Assembly (NCBI RefSeq): GCF_964355755.1
Contig: NC_092675.1
Span: forward strand, 6,815,812 to 6,879,811
DNA: 64,000 nucleotides
Direction of reading: 5' to 3'
Source of the DNA: Antedon mediterranea
Lineage: Eukaryota; Animalia; Echinodermata
The position numbers were made by a program, and so were the translations under genes. Shown piece by piece: positions 12,895 through 25,300 of the stretch. How positions within the stretch are numbered: the first letter of the stretch is position 1; the number at the start of each line of letters is the position of its first letter. The notes below the pieces were generated by a model, which saw only the letters and a program-made list of their open reading frames with translations, ran no database searches and was not told the origin of the DNA.

Positions 12895-13695
12895 ACCCCA
12901 TGAAAAAAATAATTGTTTAAAAAAATTGTTTTTGTTGACTACAGTATATGCCATGTTTTCAATAGTTATTCACTTAACCAACAATTGGATCAAAAATAAA
13001 ATTATTTACCTGAAAAACTGTAATTTAAAGATGTATTGTCCCTTTGACTAATTCCAACAAAAAATTTTTTTTTTAATTTCGAAAAAAAGTGGGTCATTTT
13101 GAAGTATCATAATATTTATTAACTTTCACCAAAAATTAGTCAAAAAATAATAATTTAACCGAAATACAGATGTTTTTTTGTTCAAAAAATAACTTTGACT
13201 TCCAGTCAAAGTTTTCAATCAAAACATATCCCATAATGCAATGCGCTTGTTTGGCTACTCTGTATGCATAATCATAAAACTTCCTCGCGATCTGTGTGAA
13301 AACACCTTCTCAACCGTGATGAGTTGTAAACAATCCTAATTAGCATCATGCATAATGCATACTCGTAGTTTGAAATCTTTGTTTACTTTCGCTTGCGACG
13401 ATTTCTCAGACAAAATGTAATCTAATTAATTTACCTGTTAATTACGTAAACTGTTGTTTTTGGCTCGAATTTTCGACTTAAAGTGAATAACTTTAATATT
13501 ACTTTGATATGGCCAATTTAAAATTAGAATATTTTTTTTTTCGTTTTTGTGTTTCAAGGGACAATACATCTTTAAAGCAAAACAATTTACCAGCTGGTTT
13601 TTTTTTTTATTGAAGTCTTTTTATAAGTAAAAACATTTTGCTCTATTCAAAATCTGATTTTATTAATCCACATTTTTAGGGACAATACATTTTTT
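12895..13695. mobile_element. Nested MITEs: long-subfamily element (13029-13571) inserted into a TTAA of a decayed short-subfamily element
   Basis: The host sequence 'gaaaaactgtaatTTAA|agcaaaa' (intact at 57816-57840) is split, with TTAA duplicated at 13025-13028 and 13572-13575. Confidence 0.85.
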
Positions 13696-13761
13696 AATCC
13701 TCCAAATTACAATAGTATATTGGTTGTTGATTATCAATCTCAAGATGAGAGTTTCTTTTCT

Positions 13762-13930
13762 ACGAGTTGCGAGTCGGAAAATGCGAGTTGCGAGTCGGAA
13801 AATGCGAGTTGCGAGTCGAAAAATGCAAGTTGCGAGTTGAAAAATGCGAGTTGCGGGTCGAAAAGTGCGAGTTGCAAGTCGAAAATGTGAGTTGTGGGTC
13901 GAAAAGTGCGAGTTGCGAGTTGGAAAATGC
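13762..13930. repeat. 21-bp minisatellite (TGCGAGTTGCGAGTCGGAAAA)n, ~8 units
   Basis: Visible tandem array; accounts for the CELRVEK-repeat ORF. Confidence 0.9.
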
Positions 13931-13961
13931 GTACGACCTTAAGCTTATTTTATTTTATCAG

Positions 13962-14230
13962 ATGAGTCGAGGGACAGACACCTTCAAGCTCAGGTTGTTA
14001 GTGGAGTGTGCTTGACGCAAAACGCACTGAAAGCCAAAACTCAAGGCCATAGCCTCATCACAAGCAACATACAGTGCCTTCAAATGTGTGCGTCAGTTCA
14101 ATGGTGTAACGCGTTTCAGGTGTATAAAAAAACGGATGACAAGCTGAATTTTGTTACGCTCTTCAGGATCATGTCACAGTATATCAGCCAGAAGTTGGAT
14201 TGTGTTCTTTATCCCGCATATTTTCTCCAT
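13962..14230 (+). pseudogene. Orphan PAN/apple-like exon, possibly degraded
   Basis: Follows a good acceptor (ttttattttatcAG) and encodes ...SNIQCLQMCASVQWCNAFQVY..., a CxxxCxxxxxCxAF motif typical of PAN domains. No linked start or other exons were found. Confidence 0.3.
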
Positions 14231-14488
14231 AATTGTAGGCCCAGATTAAGATTATTCATTACCTTTAATATTGTATACAGTATAATTATATTTAATCTCA
14301 GTCTTGAAATACTTATTGATTGCATAAAGCTAAATTAGACATTTTAAAAGTTACAAGAACAGCTTGATAATTTAACTATACATAATATACAACTTTAAGA
14401 AGGTCAGGTACTTCAAACAATGACTTTAGATTCACACTTTCCATCCTATGTTCTTTTATTGTTCTTTGCAAATGCAGGTGTTCCACTA

Positions 14489-17400
14489 TCAATCAAGCAT
14501 TCCTAAAAAAAAAGATGAAAATTAATCAATTTATCTTTTAAAAAAAGTATTTGAATTTTTTCTGGAATCAAAAACCGCAAAAAATACTGGTTCATCAATG
14601 CAATCTGTATCAAAAAGTTTTGTAAAGTAAAAATGTTTTGACATATGCAGGGATGTCACCAGCTTTTTGGAGTGCCGGTCGGCAAATCCCCCCCCCCCCA
14701 CCCCCCGGGGTATCCCCCCCCCCCGCCCCGGGGGTTTGTCGTTATTTTAATGAAACATAAAGAATTATGAAAATAAATAACAACAAATTGCGTCAGGTCT
14801 AGGCCTAACCTTGTACCACTGGGGAGTCGCCGTTATTATTCGCGAAAACAAAAAAACGCTTACGAAATGAATAGCAATAGATCGCGTCGCCTAGCCTTGT
14901 AGACACTACGACCACTAGGCCTAGCCAAGGCTTAGATAGATGCCCCAAAATCTGAATTCCACAAAAACAGGCGCTGCCTTATTTAGTAGGCCTAATCCCT
15001 AATCAAATACTGTAGATAAATTATTAGCCTAGACCTTACTACTTGTTGCTCGATATAATGTTCGTGTTCTTTTGCGCGAGAGTTTTTTAGCGTATTCGCG
15101 AATTCCGGATTTTTTGTTTCACAACTGTGCGGCAAGCATGTAGTGCATGGCCGGCAAGAACAGACACGTGTTTATGGGTTAACTGAAGTTCAGCAACCTG
15201 AAGTTATCCCAGGGACATGTAATTATTGTACCATGCTCGGCGATCATAAACGAACAAACTTGCCCGGTCTCACTGAACCATGCGCATGTTTTTTTTATTT
15301 TTTTTAATAGTTCGTAGAGTTAACTACAAAAATGTAAAACTAGTAACATAATATAATTAAAGCAGGGTGACAAAACATTCAGCAATTAAAAATGATTTTG
15401 TTTGGGTCTATGTAGTTGTACATTTTTAATTACTGCGTACTTGTTTGTATTTTTATTCTGTGCAAAATAAAACGCTTGAATGGTCGCTATGTGAACTTTA
15501 AACTTGTAGTTGTACACTGTGCTGTGTAGCACGTTGTTCGCCATGACTCACAAGCTGTAACAATGAATACCAGGGCAGGGTAGACCTGGTATTGTGTTAC
15601 AAATAAAGTAACGTACGTAACCACGGAAACATTTGCTGTAGTCTTTTGTCTTATCTATATTAGGCTAGCTTGTCTGTTATTAACGATGTGCTAGGTAAAA
15701 TGTTTTAGTACGAATTTTAGTTAGGCCTAGGCCTAATATAAATATCGTAATGATTAATAAATAATAGTGGTGGTCGGCAGCCTGTAAATCCTGGTCGGAA
15801 ATGTTGAGTGCTGGTCGGGGCCGACCAGCGCCGACCAGCGTGGTGACATCCCTGCATATGAATGAAAAAATATTAAAGAAAACTTGAGAGGGTGCTAAGC
15901 TTTAAAAAAAAAGTGTAGAAAGAAAACCTAAAAAATCTATCTTTTTCTATAAAAAAAATCTGTTCTGTGCTATTTGCCATGTTCACATCACTGTATTTCC
16001 TTCAATGAGCCATAATTAAGGATGTCAAATGATTCATCAAGTGCTTTCTACACTTAATTACTATTGTTAACAGACCTGACCAGGTTAACAGACCTGACCA
16101 GGTTAAAAGACTTGACTAGGTTAACAGACCTGACCAGGTTAAAAGACCTGACCGGATTAAAAGACTTGATCAGGTTAACATACTTGACCAGGTTAACCGA
16201 CCTGACCAGGTTAAAAGACCTGATCAGGTTAAAAGACTTGACCGGGTTAAACAACTTGACCAGGTAAACAGACCTGACCAGGCTAAAAGACCTGATCGGG
16301 TTAAAAGATTTAACCGGGTTAAAAGACTTGACCAGGTTAACAGACCTGACCAGGTTAACCGACCTGAACAGGTTCACAGACCTGACCAGGTTAACAGACC
16401 TAACCGGGTTAACAGACCTTTTGCCAACGTTATTGTCTTATATAAAAATATCTTTTAAAGTGTTTGTTGTTGTTAAAGGCTATTGTCATACCTTCAAGAA
16501 ATGCATATTCATCAGTTAAGTCGACAGAGATATCTATAAGAGAAATACAAAACAAATCCGTATTATTGGGACTAAACTCTTCTAAACTACAGAATAAAAA
16601 TTGTATTGTTAGACATAATTGACTAGTAAACCATTTCAACCATGCCGATAGCCTCAACACTAAATTGACTATCAGCACGGTTGACTGTGTCAATAGAAAA
16701 TACTCAGTTTATAACGTAAAACTGTAAAATGTATAGTTAACAGTATTATCAAAACTTTAATTTGCAATTCAACATGGAATTATACTTATGTACTACTTAT
16801 GTAGTTTGTCATGCTTTGTAAATACAGTATGATCATTGATGTAGGCTTACCTATATCTTTTTTCTGCATTGTTTTGCGTTTGCCCTTGGCTGTTTGTACA
16901 TATGCAGATCGTGTAAAGTGGTGAAGGAACATCTCCTAAAAAAAAAGTCATGCTATGCAATAATTTATGACTTTAATCTTTAATATGCATGACAATGCAA
17001 AATTTCATTGTGTTTATAATTTATATATTAGCAATGTCATGTTTGGTATTAATCTGTTTTGAAGGGCAACACGCCAAAACCAAAAAGTTAAAACCAGCTT
17101 GTTCAATGATGAACATAGGTAAACTAGCCTAGACAGTCAGTCTAGTAGTAGGCCTACTACTTAACTACTACAGTACTATTTTACTAATAGCCTTGAGGGT
17201 TGAGGCCTATTTATTTATTAAATAATAAATATTATTTATAATTCGTTTTTATTACGCCTTCTTTGATATATTTAACATAAATATTATCAATATATTAATT
17301 GATTAATAATATCAATGCAGTCAAAAAACATTATTATGTAGCCCAGGTCCCTATGAATTAATGTAGTGTAAGCCTAGGCCTACAGTACTTCTACACACTA

Positions 17401-17701
17401 GCCTATCCTTCAAATCCTAGAAAGGACGGTCGTAAGCCTATATATGCGCCCACCAAGTGACAAGGCGCGGTATAAATTAAGAGCGGCCTACCGTAGCTTT
17501 TGCTATGAGCACAACTGAGTCTTGGCTTGCTAAAGTTACATCGGGATCCGTCTTAATTATATGCTTAATTCTTGTAAGTGGAAGTTTAGATATTCTGTTT
17601 GGTTTTTCATTTTTGTCACATTCAACTGTTTCGTTTGTTTCTACTTCTTCAGGTTCTTCTTCAACTTCCATTTCGCGGGTTTCTTCCGTGGCCGCCGCCA
17701 T
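14489..17701 (-). CDS. POLE4: DNA polymerase epsilon subunit 4 (histone-fold protein, ~116 aa)
   Basis: Exons 17701-17492, 16935-16851, 16533-16492, 14502-14489 give ...KLPLTRIKHIIKTDPDVTLASQDSVVLIAKAT/EMFLHHFTRSAYVQTAKGKRKTMQKKDI/DISVDLTDEYAFLE/GMLD*, matching POLE4 (LPLARVK..VK.DPDV...KRKTLQRRDLD...DEFAFLEGTLD). Confidence 0.95.
14648..15854. mobile_element. Non-autonomous hAT-like DNA transposon (1.2 kb) in POLE4 intron 3, 6-bp TSD
   Basis: Perfect 14-bp TIRs CAGGGATGTCACCA / TGGTGACATCCCTG; CATATG on both flanks; subterminal GGTCGG/CCGACC repeats; no transposase ORF. Confidence 0.8.
16064..16420. repeat. 18-bp minisatellite (GTTAACAGACCTGACCAG)n, ~20 units, in POLE4 intron 3
   Basis: Visible tandem array; accounts for the LTDLTR/NLVRSV ORFs. 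Confidence 0.92.
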
Positions 17702-19344
17702 TTTTGTATGAACTTTGACATGCCCATAAATTGTTATATTAGCTATAACTATAAGAATTGAATTTAATCAAAATAAACAATTAATTGTCGATCATAAAGT
17801 AAAATTTATCATATTTGATTAAACAGAATTCCGGAATTAACTTAGTAAATTTAGAGTAGGCATATTTTGGTCGGCAGAAACGAAATGTTATATCTTTATC
17901 GCCGCAACGTACACATGAGTACAGACCGTACAAACGGTAGGCTCGTACCAATAGGCCGAGGGATTTATTTTTTTTTATTCAATTATGAACAAATTACAGG
18001 TCATTTAAAGAGTAAACTGTTATAATTCATATAGTTGCAATAAAAAACGATTGAAACTATATTTAAACTATAAAATTTACAAACATAAAGATACAAACAT
18101 TTACAATATTAATATATTACATGAAAAACACAAAATCATTATATTTAAATGACAGCTTTAAAAAGGTTTTTAAATGCTTTGGTTGTTTCCATTGATTAAA
18201 GGTCTACAGTTTCCCATTTTATATTTAAAAAAATAAACTGCACTTTATTTTCCAGTAAAAATCATATTCTTGACGTGTATGCCTAGTACACACCAAAAGT
18301 GATAAGGCATGACCCTATGAAACAATAATGGTGCACCATACTTTTATCAGATTGCTATTAAATTTACCGTTGTTTTTTTGTATTTTAATTCGAAAGAGAT
18401 TAGAGATTACTAAAGTAGGCCTACGAGTACGTACGATTCTTTTTTCATGAACAGATTTGTTTATACAAACAATTCCTACTCATGCAACACATTATTTTGA
18501 GGAGGCCTCATGCAGTTGGCCTATTTTATTTATATTAAAAGAAAAATGTTTTTAGGATCCGATCGGAGGCCCTTGTAATTTCATCAAGATTATTATGATA
18601 ACGAATTGTTGTTAATTAGCAGCCACTCGCAAATCATTTCCGTCGAGTGCATGCAGCCTCTAGTCTGTCCAAACCACCAGTGATGTATCCAAAGGCTGGA
18701 TGTGAATCTGCAATGTCATCGCAGTTAAAAAAGTGATTCTCCATGGAGAGGGAGCCAACAAGATGGCGGCTGCAATCGACCAATCAGATGCCCTACGTAG
18801 TACGCACTGCTATCATATGTGTTGAGCATATCTGCGTAAGAACGATAAGCAACGCAGCGTATTAATAACGCGAACGCATTCTATGGATCCTCGTATACAA
18901 AAAATGCTAGATTACAAAGAAATTATTTCATTCCATTGTGATTAACAATAACATTATAACAATAAAAACTTCACTGTGCTTTGACAAAAATATGTGTTGT
19001 AATTTATGTGATATTAATGTATTATATTTGATTATTATTTTTTATATGTTGGAATCATTTTTCAGTCTGGAGTACGCCCTCTAGCCTTCAGCTTATTACA
19101 TCTCGCTGGTCTAAAATCGTACTCGCAATAGTGGGAGTAGTACTTACTTTCCGCTTGACTAAACTTCACGGTCCAGCAGTCAATCTCCCGGATCATCAAG
19201 ACCGCAACACACCAATTATCCAACACACACGTCACACCGTCGTATTTTTCGCGCAAAAAGTGTCTACATACTCTACAACCCACCACCACAGCTGGTTTTC
19301 AGTTTTGCCATTAATATTCACAGAATTAGAAGAAGTATATTACG
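17702..19344. promoter_or_regulatory. Divergent promoter region between POLE4 and thioredoxin
   Basis: Head-to-head start codons at 17701 (-) and 19345 (+). YY1 consensus CAAGATGGCGGC at 18759-18770 and CCAAT at 18780. A second YY1-like AAAATGGCGGC overlaps the POLE4 ATG. Confidence 0.55.
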
Positions 19345-22300
19345 ATGTCTGTAAAAAAAGTAGCAAATAAGGTAAATTGTGATGTTTTTACTCCAAATAG
19401 AAAGAGTGTATCTGTGTAGGCTATCCCTCAACTCAAAAGAAGGGCCAGGCCTAGCTAGGTATATGTTTGTGGTATAGCTAGACTAGGCTAGGCCTAGCCT
19501 AGTTTAGTAGTACTAAGCTAGTTAGGCCGGCCAGGCCAGGCCAGGCCAGGCTAGGCCTACTTTGTAGCCTACGCATATTAGGCTAGGTAAGCCTCTAGAC
19601 CCCTCCATATAGAACTACTAATTAGCCCATCCCATGAATGCCTGCCCAACCAAGCTGGGTTGAACTACTTAGTAGTAAGTAATAATGAATGAATAGGCCT
19701 AGCCTAGGATTTACAGTAATCAATAATAATGTATATAATTATAGATACACAGTGTTTACTAGGCCTAGATTTGTTGATTTCAATTTCTAGTACTGCTGTA
19801 TGCCTAGGCCTACTGTTGCTAGGCCTATAGGGATCTCCGCCTACTGTATAGTAGTATAGTAGTAGGAGATAATATTTTTAGCTGAGTCATACAGAATACT
19901 TTTATTGGGTCGATTTATTGTCCCACAAATCCAATTTTTGGACAAAGTAATGAGGTAAATTTATTACTATTACTGTATGTGTTGTTTACAATTATTTTTT
20001 AAAGAGAAAATATCTTTTATTGCAGCATACATTGCTATTAAGTTTAAAGATGTACAGTATTGTCCACCAAAAACATGAAAAATGAAGATTAATTAAATCA
20101 AACTTTGAATATGTTATTTTGTAGTTTTAATAAAGTGAATCACTTCCGTAGAAAAAAATAACATGATAAATGGTTAAATTCAACCAAAAATCCATTGACT
20201 GGCAGCCAATTTGACCATTTTTTTGCTTTAAATTACAGTTTTTTCAGGTTACTAATTTTTTTTTCAATCCAATTTTTGGTCGAAGTCAATAACTATTAGG
20301 TGACATTCAAATGGCATATTCAAAACAAAAAAATTGAAAAAAATTATTTTTCTGGGGGACAATACATCTTTAGGTATTATATTGTTAAAATTAAATTAAT
20401 TATATTAAAATTATCAAATATTAACAATTCAATAGGTGGAATCATTGCATTTTGATTTTCTTTTGTTTGTCTTTGAACACTGCATAAAGAAAACCAATAA
20501 AAATGATAAGGGAATAGGAGTTTGTGATCGTTGTATTCACCAATCACTAAGTGATAATACTAAGTCAATAATAATAATTTCCTTTAAGTTTAAGTGGTAT
20601 TCATTTATACAGGATAATTATTAAATTTATATTGGGTGTTTCCCTTTATCAGGGCATCACGTATGCAAAACCCAGGAGAGCAACAAATCGCTCTCCTCAA
20701 ATCACCGAGGAGAGCAATTCGCTCTCCTTGAAAAAATTTTAAATCGCTCTCCTCAAATGTTTATGTAAATATGTAAAAAAATTACAATTATTAATTTTTT
20801 GTACACATTTTTTTTCCCAACAGGGGTGGGGATAACCCCCCCCCCCCCCCGCCGGGCACAACAAATGTATACTGTACCTCTCCCCTAAAATCCCCCACAC
20901 CCACCTTCACACAATATTTTCCGTGGGGATCGTAATATTCTACAGTAAAAAAACTCAAGCCAATTTTTTTTTTATGGCCTGGGTAGATTGGGTTTCAGGA
21001 GCCTGGAGAATCCTGTCCTGGCCAACTATGCCTTTAGCCTAGCTTTTCTAGCCTAGCTTGTTGGCCTAGAAATCAGACAGAACACCTGAAAAGTATTTAC
21101 CTGCAATTCATAAATTATACAATTCTAATATGCAACAGCCATTAAAATATTGATAATAAGTTACAAAAGTGTCATTTTAAAATAATTAAGAAAGATATTT
21201 GATCGTGTTTACATGTGTCACACATGGGCGCACGCACAATAGGGGAGGGCTGAGAGAGCTTCTAGAAGATGCTGACGTCACACGTCAGCACATGTTTTTA
21301 GGAGGATTTGAGTGACCAAAATTGGTTAGAACTTTCGAAGAAATAATCCATCTTCAAAATGATATAATTAAAGCAACCAGCAGCTAAGCTTTTTTAAATA
21401 ATAAACATTATATTTAGGCCTCCTATATTAATGTTTCCTTTTAAAATTAGATATATTTTATTAACTCGTTCCATAAAAACATAAAGGGAAAAATTATTGG
21501 TTGGGACATGATCTTCCTGTAAAGGAGGTGTTTCTATGACACCGTACTGGTTGCACTATGAGGCGATGAAGTAAACTCGCCCTTGAATGCGCGCAGGCAG
21601 GGGAATCCCCTTTGTTGGTGGTACCTCGCACTGGAGCGCGATGAATTGCTCTCCTTTTCGAAGGTTGTTGATTGCGATCGCGCTCGCGATCCTTAAAAAC
21701 GAGGGACTGCCATTAGGCTTGTAGCTTTATAACTTAGCTTATATATTATTAGCCTAGGCCTAGATTGGTTTTAACTTTAAAAAATCCAGGTGTTTTTAGG
21801 CCTCTTGACAGAAAAATCAACACTGTCAAAAGCTAGGCTCTATTTTGAAAATTAAGGAGCGCGATAAATTGCTCTCCTCGAAGCCTGTTGAGGAGCGCGG
21901 AGGAGCGCGGTCGCGCAGGCGCTCCTTATAAATGATGCCCTGCTTTATCTAAAAGTGTGAATGGTGAATAAAGCACGGTCTTCACAATCTGTTTTGACTA
22001 GTTGTCAAGAGGCAATTGATTGGGCCAGTGGTTGTCATGTATGAATTGATTCACACTAAGGTCTATTCTTTTCCGTTCAATAGGAACAACTTCTATTCTT
22101 TCTATCTTACTACATAGTACATACACTACAAAACTAGTATACTAGTATACTAGTATACAGCACTATTTATAGTATATCTGATTGATGTGTTGTAAAATTT
22201 AAACTAAATCATATATAAATATAAATATATTTAGATGTATGGCAGACATTTTAATGACTGTCAACTTCGCATGTATGCGAATAGGCTAGTTGTACTGGCT

Positions 22301-25300
22301 GTATAACATCTTCAACGAGTCTAATTGTATTGACATTCTATAATAAAACGAAAGCCAATGAACCATTCTATATTTTGATGCAAACATTTGTAGGGCTTAC
22401 TATATTGAAAATTTGAGGATAAAAATGTCAGTTTGAAATGAAAATAAAGCACTACTGTATTTGATTATTTAGAACAAGACAGGCAAGGTGGTAGTAGGGA
22501 TGTGGACACCTCAAATTATCTATGTCTTGTAGGTCAGCGCTAGGCTACTACTACTATATATTGGCTAGCTTGGCCTAGCTAGCTGTACAAATTGCTAAAA
22601 AACATTATAATAAAAATACATTTGCTTGTAGAAATGTCTGATGAACATTTTGTTTTATTATTTATTTTATCAAATTATTAATAGTTTAATTGCTAAATAA
22701 TACTACCCTGTCAAAATATGTGTTTATTCTTGCCATGGAGGTATTCTTGCGTTAATAAAAAAATGAGCTCGCAAGCAGGAAATACCCTCACTGAAATGTA
22801 CTGGTGGCAGTACAGAACAATGGGTCAATAAACATCCGGCAGTCAATGGGTTTTAAAGAACCCCGATCTGTTTGCATCACTTCACTGTCAGATAGGTAGC
22901 TTTCTAGCCAATCTGTAATACCTCAATGAGTCTAGGAAAGCAAATTAATCATGAACTGAGCTGTAGGGACAAATATGTTTTACACAATATGAATGATTGG
23001 ATGCCACTTTGTATCAAGGACTATTTAATTGGAAGCCTTTCTACTGCCAATAATGCAGTAGAAAACAAGCCTTGAATGTAAATAAGGAAACCACTCTACT
23101 GTACTACCCAGACTACCTAATAACTTAATTACACTTTACTATCAGTACTGTGTAGAAGAATTAATCAGTAAGATTGACTTGCTGTACTGTGTGTTCTTGT
23201 CATTAAATTAATTAATTTTACTCATAATGTAAAAATTATGTTTTGATTAATTGCATGCAATTAGTGAATTTTCATTGCAATACAAGCTCTTTGTATTCAT
23301 TCAACAGGATGTGCTGTAGTGCATTATTGCTAATAAGTCCTTTTATGATTCCTTTTATCTCCATGAGATAAAGAGCATTCAATTACAATTGCCTATTTTA
23401 ATTTCAAAAGATAAATTAAAAGTTTATATTGTAATGGATTCAGATTTATACTTGCCTCAATATACAATAACCATATCAATACGCAGTGGACTAAATGTAA
23501 TCTTTAATCTCCTTTTATGAGTGCTGCCACCAAACAGTACTCATTCCTTCCACAACAGAGGCTGGGAGATGGACCTCCTACTTTTCCCTATGATACACTG
23601 GGTGGGTGGCGCATGCACACAAGTTATGTGTACAGTACACTGCACTTCCAATTTAAAATTATCTGAGAAGAGTGTTCTACCATCCAATTAACTAACTTTA
23701 TAATGTAGCCAACGTCATACATTTGATACAATTCTTCCTTTTTGTATTGTATTTTTAATAGTTTTAATAATTTTATGATACAAGAAGCTTTTAATCTGTA
23801 TGTATTATACTTAACCTAGCTTTTAATGTATATTTGTGTATTTAGTTGTAATCTTCTGAATTTGTATAGTATATCTTTTTTTTGTATATTTCATGCCAAT
23901 TTCAAATGAATTTCCATTTTTATTACTATGGACAATAAAATAGTATCGGTATCAGTATGATCGAGGAGAATCTGTGCCCATTTGCAGATATAATTTGCGA
24001 CTCAACTTGGCCAATCGGATCTGTTCTGTACTTTGCATACTTTAAATTATAAACAAAATTTAAAAAGATTATATAACAATTTAGGTACTACATTATATAA
24101 CGCAACCAAGGAACTAAGTTTTTACACTGTACCCAGATCAATATGTACAAATTAAAAAGATTTTGCAAGCAATTTTTCATTTCAGTGTGGTTGTTGCACT
24201 GTATGCCAAAACGCATTATCTGTAATTTTTCTTGAGGTGTGCCCGAGTTTTAAAGTTTCATCTTTATTGTATTTTTCCAGAAAGAATTTGATGCAGAGAT
24301 TGCGGGCGCCAGCGGACTTGTTGTCGTGGATTTTTTTGCGACTTGGTGTGGCCCCTGTAGAGCGATTTCTCCAAAAGTAGAGGTAATAACATTTTACAAC
24401 CATGGACATTTCCTGCGTTCAGGATGAAATAAAGTTTATCTGCATCCATGAAAATGAAAACCTATTTCAATAACCAATATCAATAACCAGTGTTTTCTTC
24501 TCAAATATTTTCCATAAAATGTGTATTTATACCTTATGACTTCTTACAAGCTGAATTTCAACACATGAAGATTTGGCATCGTGTATGTTCTATTACGAGT
24601 TGCATTTTGTAATTTCCTGCTTCAGTTTTTAAAATCAATTTTGTGACATTTCTGTGTGTGAACTCACCAAAAAGCCAGTCCAATGATATGTACATTGTAT
24701 AATAATCATGGACATAATGAATATCCTTAAAATAAAAAAAATAATAATAAAATTGAATCGTTGTTTGTTCTATTTAATGGGGCACATCGACAGAAATATA
24801 GTATAAAAAAACAATATAACAAAAAACATTCATTATTAAATCATATACATTTGATAAAACTACAATTTACCAAATTAAGACTGTGATTTCTGTATTTTGT
24901 CAACAGTCCATGGCTGCAGAATTTACCACCGTTCTCTTCTTGAAAGTTGATGTTGATGAGAATTCTGTAAGTTTCAAATTTATTTTATTATTTGTTGCAA
25001 TTAATTCTCAATAGAACTATAGAAATGGAAGCTGTGGATGTCAATTGTCATTCCGCTGTGGATGCCATTCCGTTGTGGATGTCAATTGTCATTCCGCTGT
25101 GGATGCCATTCCGTTTTAGATGTCATTCCGCTGTGGATGCCATTCCACTGCAGATGCCATTCCGCTGTGGATGTCAATTGTCATTCCGCTGTGGATGCCA
25201 TTCCGCTGTGGATGTCATTCCACTGTGGATGCCGTTCTGCTGTGTATGTCATTCTGCTGTAGATACCATTGCACTGCAGATGTGCTGCCATTCCGCTGTG

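Noticed and set aside
13767-14015. CELRVEK-repeat ORF
   Set aside because: A 21-bp minisatellite with no credible start.
15985-16047. Alternative last exon for POLE4
   Set aside because: The exon at 14502-14489 has a much stronger acceptor and gives the conserved G(M/T)LD* end.
16054-16519. Repetitive ORFs (LTDLTR / NLVRSV) resembling a leucine-rich or antifreeze-type protein, or a CRISPR-like array
   Set aside because: They are an 18-bp minisatellite inside POLE4 intron 3, open on both strands, with no unique spacers and no cas genes.
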